The notes under the pieces: generated by a model
The model's input: the letters and a program-made list of their open reading frames with translations, nothing else
What the model was told of the DNA's origin: nothing
Databases searched by the model: none
Translations under genes and position numbers: made by a program
Source: the human T2T-CHM13v2.0 reference genome, Homo sapiens
Length of the DNA stretch: 64,000 nt
NCBI RefSeq assembly: GCF_009914755.1
Contig: NC_060927.1
Direction: 5' to 3' (one strand)
Shown here: piece after piece, positions 59,612 through 64,000 of the stretch
How the letters are laid out: every line of letters begins with the position of its first letter
Position numbering within the stretch: the stretch's first letter is position 1

Positions 59612-60609
59612 TATTTTGATGAGGCAGGCTGTAGCCAGCCATTAACAAGATTTCAGCAGTGGAACAATGCAATGAGCTATATTTAGGAAGCCAGCTTGGT
59701 AATCCATTCACTCAATTATCAATCGTTTAAAGAAAACTCACTGTGTATTAGAAGTTGCACAGACTGCTTGGAATGCAAATGAATAAATATGGTGCCTGCC
59801 CTTAAGGAAATCACAGGTAAGAAGACTCAGTCTAAGGGAGAAGCCTGGGCTGGCAATGGGGAGGATGAGGGTATCAAAAGTCTTATTGCCAGAATAATTC
59901 TTAAGGTGATGAGGACCTGGTATTGCAAAGTGACTGTGGGAGTGAGGAGGGGGGGCAAACACAAAGAGCATTAACTGGCTTATATTTTTGCTTGAATATT
60001 ACAGTGAGGAAGAACAACTCCCATACATTTCATATTTAAGGCTGAGGAAGGGTATGCAAAAAAAAAAAAAGAAACTTAAAAAAAAAGAGAAAGGGATGAA
60101 GGTATGTGCTTCTGCTCCAGTGAAAGAACATGGCTTCCTCAAAGTGGGAGGCTTGTGAAGGGAAGTCATCAGGACTGCTGTTTGCTTCAACTGTCATTAT
60201 TTTTAAATTGAGAATGATGAAAATTTCATTATGTAAAATTAAGAATGAAATAAATCAAAACCAAAAGACTAGATTTACTGCTGCCAGTGGAACACACAAG
60301 TTTTCCAGATTCCAGATATCTTATTGTTTCTATTTAAATCAGCTCTGAAAAATCTAGTAACAAAAATCTATTAACATCGTCCATCTACAATAACCCAAGT
60401 TCAGCAGCAAAGTGCTTAACTGTTAACCTTTTCTTGGTAGATGCATGTTGCTTTAATTGTTTTCTATTTTCTGATTTTTGGGAAAATATTTTCTCTTGTA
60501 TTTAGAGAAATAAGTATATAATATCTGGATTTATTAATTAATAACATTCTCCTTATACTGCTTTGGGGCAGCTTTGGAAGAAGTTTATAGTTCTGGGGTA
60601 ACAGATCCC

Positions 60610-62319
60610 AAACTGGGTTTCATTTTTTTCATCTAGAGTTTGATAACCAAGATCGGATAACATCTGCCCCAAAGAGCTTCTCCTTTTCCTAGGCAGGCTC
60701 ATGAGTTGGCTGGGTTTTCATTTTGACTCAAGTAAATTCACCAAATAATAATCTGCTCTCTGAGTGCCAGGCACTGTGCTGGGCCTGGGGATGAGAAAGA
60801 TAGAAACATTCTTATTGCCAAAGAATTAGCAATTATCAAAGGCTAAGGGAGTCTTCAGGCATTAAATTTTGCTTAGTGCTTTACCTTGCAGACATTAACC
60901 TCTCATTGCCAAAGTGAAAGGTGAAAGGAATAGAAATGTGAATGGTAGAGCAAGAAGAGACCATCTGCTTGGCCAAGGCTCTGCTTTCGGACGCTTCTAA
61001 GCACCTCTTAAACTCATTGGGTAACGAAGACTTTCAAAATCCAACCTTTATAATGAGAAAGAAAGCACATTCTGGAAGAAATGTGAATCAAGGCAAATAC
61101 CTTCACTGAAAACATTTTCCCACTTCTCTCATTTGCTTTTTTTCTTCTCCAAAATGCCTATCCCATGAAAATACTCCTTCTCTACTCCATACCATGAACA
61201 GTTTCTTGTTAGGAAATAAACAGCAAACAAACTCAATGCATTGACAGGGTATTATTGGTAATACAGGTGCACATGCAGAAGCATAAAAATAATAAGACAT
61301 TTCAGGCTGCCTTGAGGGTTGCTATTCAGGAAAGAGTTTGATAAGGGAGTGTTTCACACAGCATTCTACTTGCAGATGCATGCTGAGGGTTATCTTGTCC
61401 TTGTTAACCTGGAGAATAAATTCTCATACCCTCCCTTAGCTTTTATTACCAGAAAACATGGTCTTTGTTTTAATAAATGTCTGTGACTCTAAAGGATTAT
61501 TCTAGTAAGGTCACAATACCAATGTGTTTTGAAGGCCACAACACCAAAATTCTATAAATGCAATATTGTGAGGGCTGTTGAGAAATGAGGATAATAGGCT
61601 GATTTAGTCATATGCCTCTTCATGTAATTGCTGAAAGCAATACGAAATCATTTGGTTGCATCTGTGGGATATGATGGGACCTGTTTGCTGCAGGAAAGGG
61701 AAGGCAGCTGCCTGTGGGTGTGGCATGAGGAAGGAAGGAGCTGCCCACTCTAATGATGAGTCTTTCTGGTCGCAAAGTCTCATCCTTCCAGTCCTAAGAG
61801 CAGAACACTAGAGAAAAGTAATTGCCTCTTGAAGGACTAGTTAAAACAGAAATTCCCTACTTTGTGGAACTGCTATAATTGTAAAAGATTGTTGCATGTA
61901 TGAAATGAGATAATCCATGTAATGTGCATTGTTTAATTGTGTATATATTAGCTGCTGCTATTACTTTTATCATTGTTATCATTCAGAAGCTCTTGCACTG
62001 ACTACCAGGGTCTAAAGAATTTGTTGGTCAAACCTCACCTCCTCTAAGTGATGATTCTTTGTTTTGACTGAGCCCAATGGCACTGGTACAAGTCACTTGC
62101 TAACACAGGGGTGCAGCTGTGTTCAAATGAGTCATGTGGATGTCCTGTATTTCACTTTTGATGATTAGATGGAGAAAAATTAACACGGAATAATATAAAG
62201 TCTAATAAGTCATACTCCACTTCTGAGAAATGTGTTTTGGTTAACAAACTCTTTTCTAAGGTATAAATAAACTGGGTTTCATTTTTCTCATCTAGAGTTT
62301 GATAACCAAGATCGGATAA
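60610..62319 (+). repeat. Dispersed 51-bp direct repeat (60610-60660 and 62269-62319)
   Basis: 50 of 51 positions identical by direct comparison. Confidence 0.95.
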
Positions 62320-63149
62320 GGCATGAAGATGTGTTGATGCCTAGAGTGTGTAGGAAGGGGAATCTTGCACTTGGGACCATTGATGAAAGGCCGACTTTGT
62401 TTGGAGGAATGGCCTGGTGGAGTGCCAGCCCCTGGGTGCCTGCAGGACCAGGCCGGTAAGAAGGAGGTAGGAAGGTGAGGGAGCGTACTTTGCCGAGGGC
62501 GGGTGAATGGCTGATGTGGCACTGAAATTCCCCAGCAGGCTGCCTGTAGCTGGCTATGGGATAGGTTGCCAGTGCCTGGGGTGAGATGTCAAGGCTAGTT
62601 TGGAAAGCTGCAATTTAAAAATGTATTGTATTTTTGGCCAGCTCAATGTCTTCTAATCCAGCTTCTGCAGTTTATTCCAGTTCAGCAGTCTCTCTCCTCT
62701 CAGTCTTGACTTCTTTTTCTGAAGTTAAAATAGAAAAGAAAAATAGAAACCATGAGAAAAGAGAAGAGCATTTTCCTCCTTTTCCTGGTGGAAAAGTGGA
62801 TCAGGTTTCTAGGTCTCTTATCTCTCTACTTTTTTCATCTTTATTATGTACACAAGCCAGGGCTTTTAAAGCCTATGCCTAGAAATGCTTAGGGCCTTTT
62901 GTATTTTTTTTTTTCAAATTGATCTCTTATGAAGAAGTGCCACCCCTCCCCTAACTGCTAATAGAATTAGTATACTTAAAAATTAATATTCTAGCCTCTT
63001 CTAAATACAGAAGTGAAGATAGCAAATTATCTTCGTATTACGTTTTTATACTTACGTGAAAAATCGTAAGTTCCCTTTAGTTATGTAAACAAAGGAGTCT
63101 GTTATGTTGAGGAAAGGATCCCAGCAGTCTTTGAATTTTATAAAGACAG

Positions 63150-64000
63150 CCTTTCTCTGTATTTCCTTGGTATGCAGTTCTCTTAGGAGAACTAGTTGGG
63201 ATTAATGGACAAATCAGGAAAATAAAATAGACATGATGTGTTTGTACCTCAGACTGGTGAAGTGTGTCAGACCAGTTATATTCCCAAGGGGATTATGAAA
63301 GTTTTTCTTAGGGCACCTGAATAGGTACTTGGATGAAAACCAAGGAAATGCAACAGATTGTTGATGCCAGGTTCTCAGTGGGCATTCCTGTAGACAACTG
63401 AGAAGTGTAACTGGTCAGGAGAGCATATCCAGAGTGTTTTTGTCAACTTGGAGAGAGAGATCAGGTTAATTCTTATTAAATATCTAACATATAGAAGGCA
63501 TGCTCATCTCATGAGGGCATTCCTCACCTCACAATGCCCCCTTTCCCAGCCCTTCTCTTACCTGTACCCTAACACTTGTGATTTCCACATAAACAGGCGC
63601 TTTGTCTGTCTTGTTCACTGTTGAATCCCCAGTGCTTAGAACAATGTCCAGCCCCCAGGAAGTACTCAATAAATTACCCATTTTAAATTAATAAATGAAT
63701 TAGCTTAAACTGGGAAAAATATTGAAGTTGTTGAATGACAGACTTAGGACCTTAAAGAGATCTACTAGAATTATAAGTTGAATCTACCATGATAAAATGT
63801 AATGGGGAAAAAATGAAAAACCCCACCCTTAGGTCAAAAATCAACTATACAATGTCCCAGATGAAGAGAAACAACTTGGCAATATCTTACGTGAAAATTT
63901 GTTCGACAGTAAACACAACATAAATCAGCAATGTGCTATGATTGGGATAAAAATTTAATATGATTGTAGGCCATGTTAATTTAGATATAATATCTAGAAT
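63150..64000 (+). mobile_element. L3/CR1 ORF2 RT fossil with nested L2
   Basis: Degraded CR1 motifs: 'cattcctgtagacaactgagaagtgt' (ILVDKLEKC-like), 'aaactggga...gaatgacaga', 'ttaggtcaaaaatcaactatac', 'aacataaatcagcaatgtg' (NMSQQC-like). Confidence 0.65.
63530..63700 (+). mobile_element. L2 3' end
   Basis: 'tttgtctgtcttgttcactgttgaatccccagtgcttagaacaatg...tactcaataaa...aataaatgaat'. Confidence 0.85.

Noticed and set aside
62850-63070. Possible hAT-Tip100-like remnant
   Set aside because: Only a vague resemblance; could not identify both termini.

Overview
Primate (human-like) nuclear genomic DNA: AT-rich, CpG-depleted, and mostly interspersed repeats. These include L1PA/L1MA/L1MC/L1ME, L2, L3/CR1, 13 near-complete Alus, MIRs, MaLR/ERV LTRs (MLT1, MLT2, THE1, MER21, LTR9-like) and DNA-transposon fossils (MER3, MER5A, MER20, MER82, MER113, MADE1). 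I found no intact protein-coding gene, RNA gene or CpG island. The recognisable ORFs in the track come from L1, Alu, LTR or microsatellite sequence, and the rest match no protein I know. I see no evidence for a new multi-gene biological system. The most interesting signals are structural: (1) a 1.6-kb block of older sequence that looks retroposed, polyadenylated at an MLT1 poly(A) site, inside a MER21 LTR; (2) a 51-bp near-perfect non-TE direct repeat 1.66 kb apart; (3) an inversion/duplication inside a THE1 LTR; (4) a possible fossil Gypsy gag; (5) several unexplained small insertions flanked by duplications. Family names come from recalled consensus sequences, not a database search. Boundaries of old elements are approximate (tens of bp).
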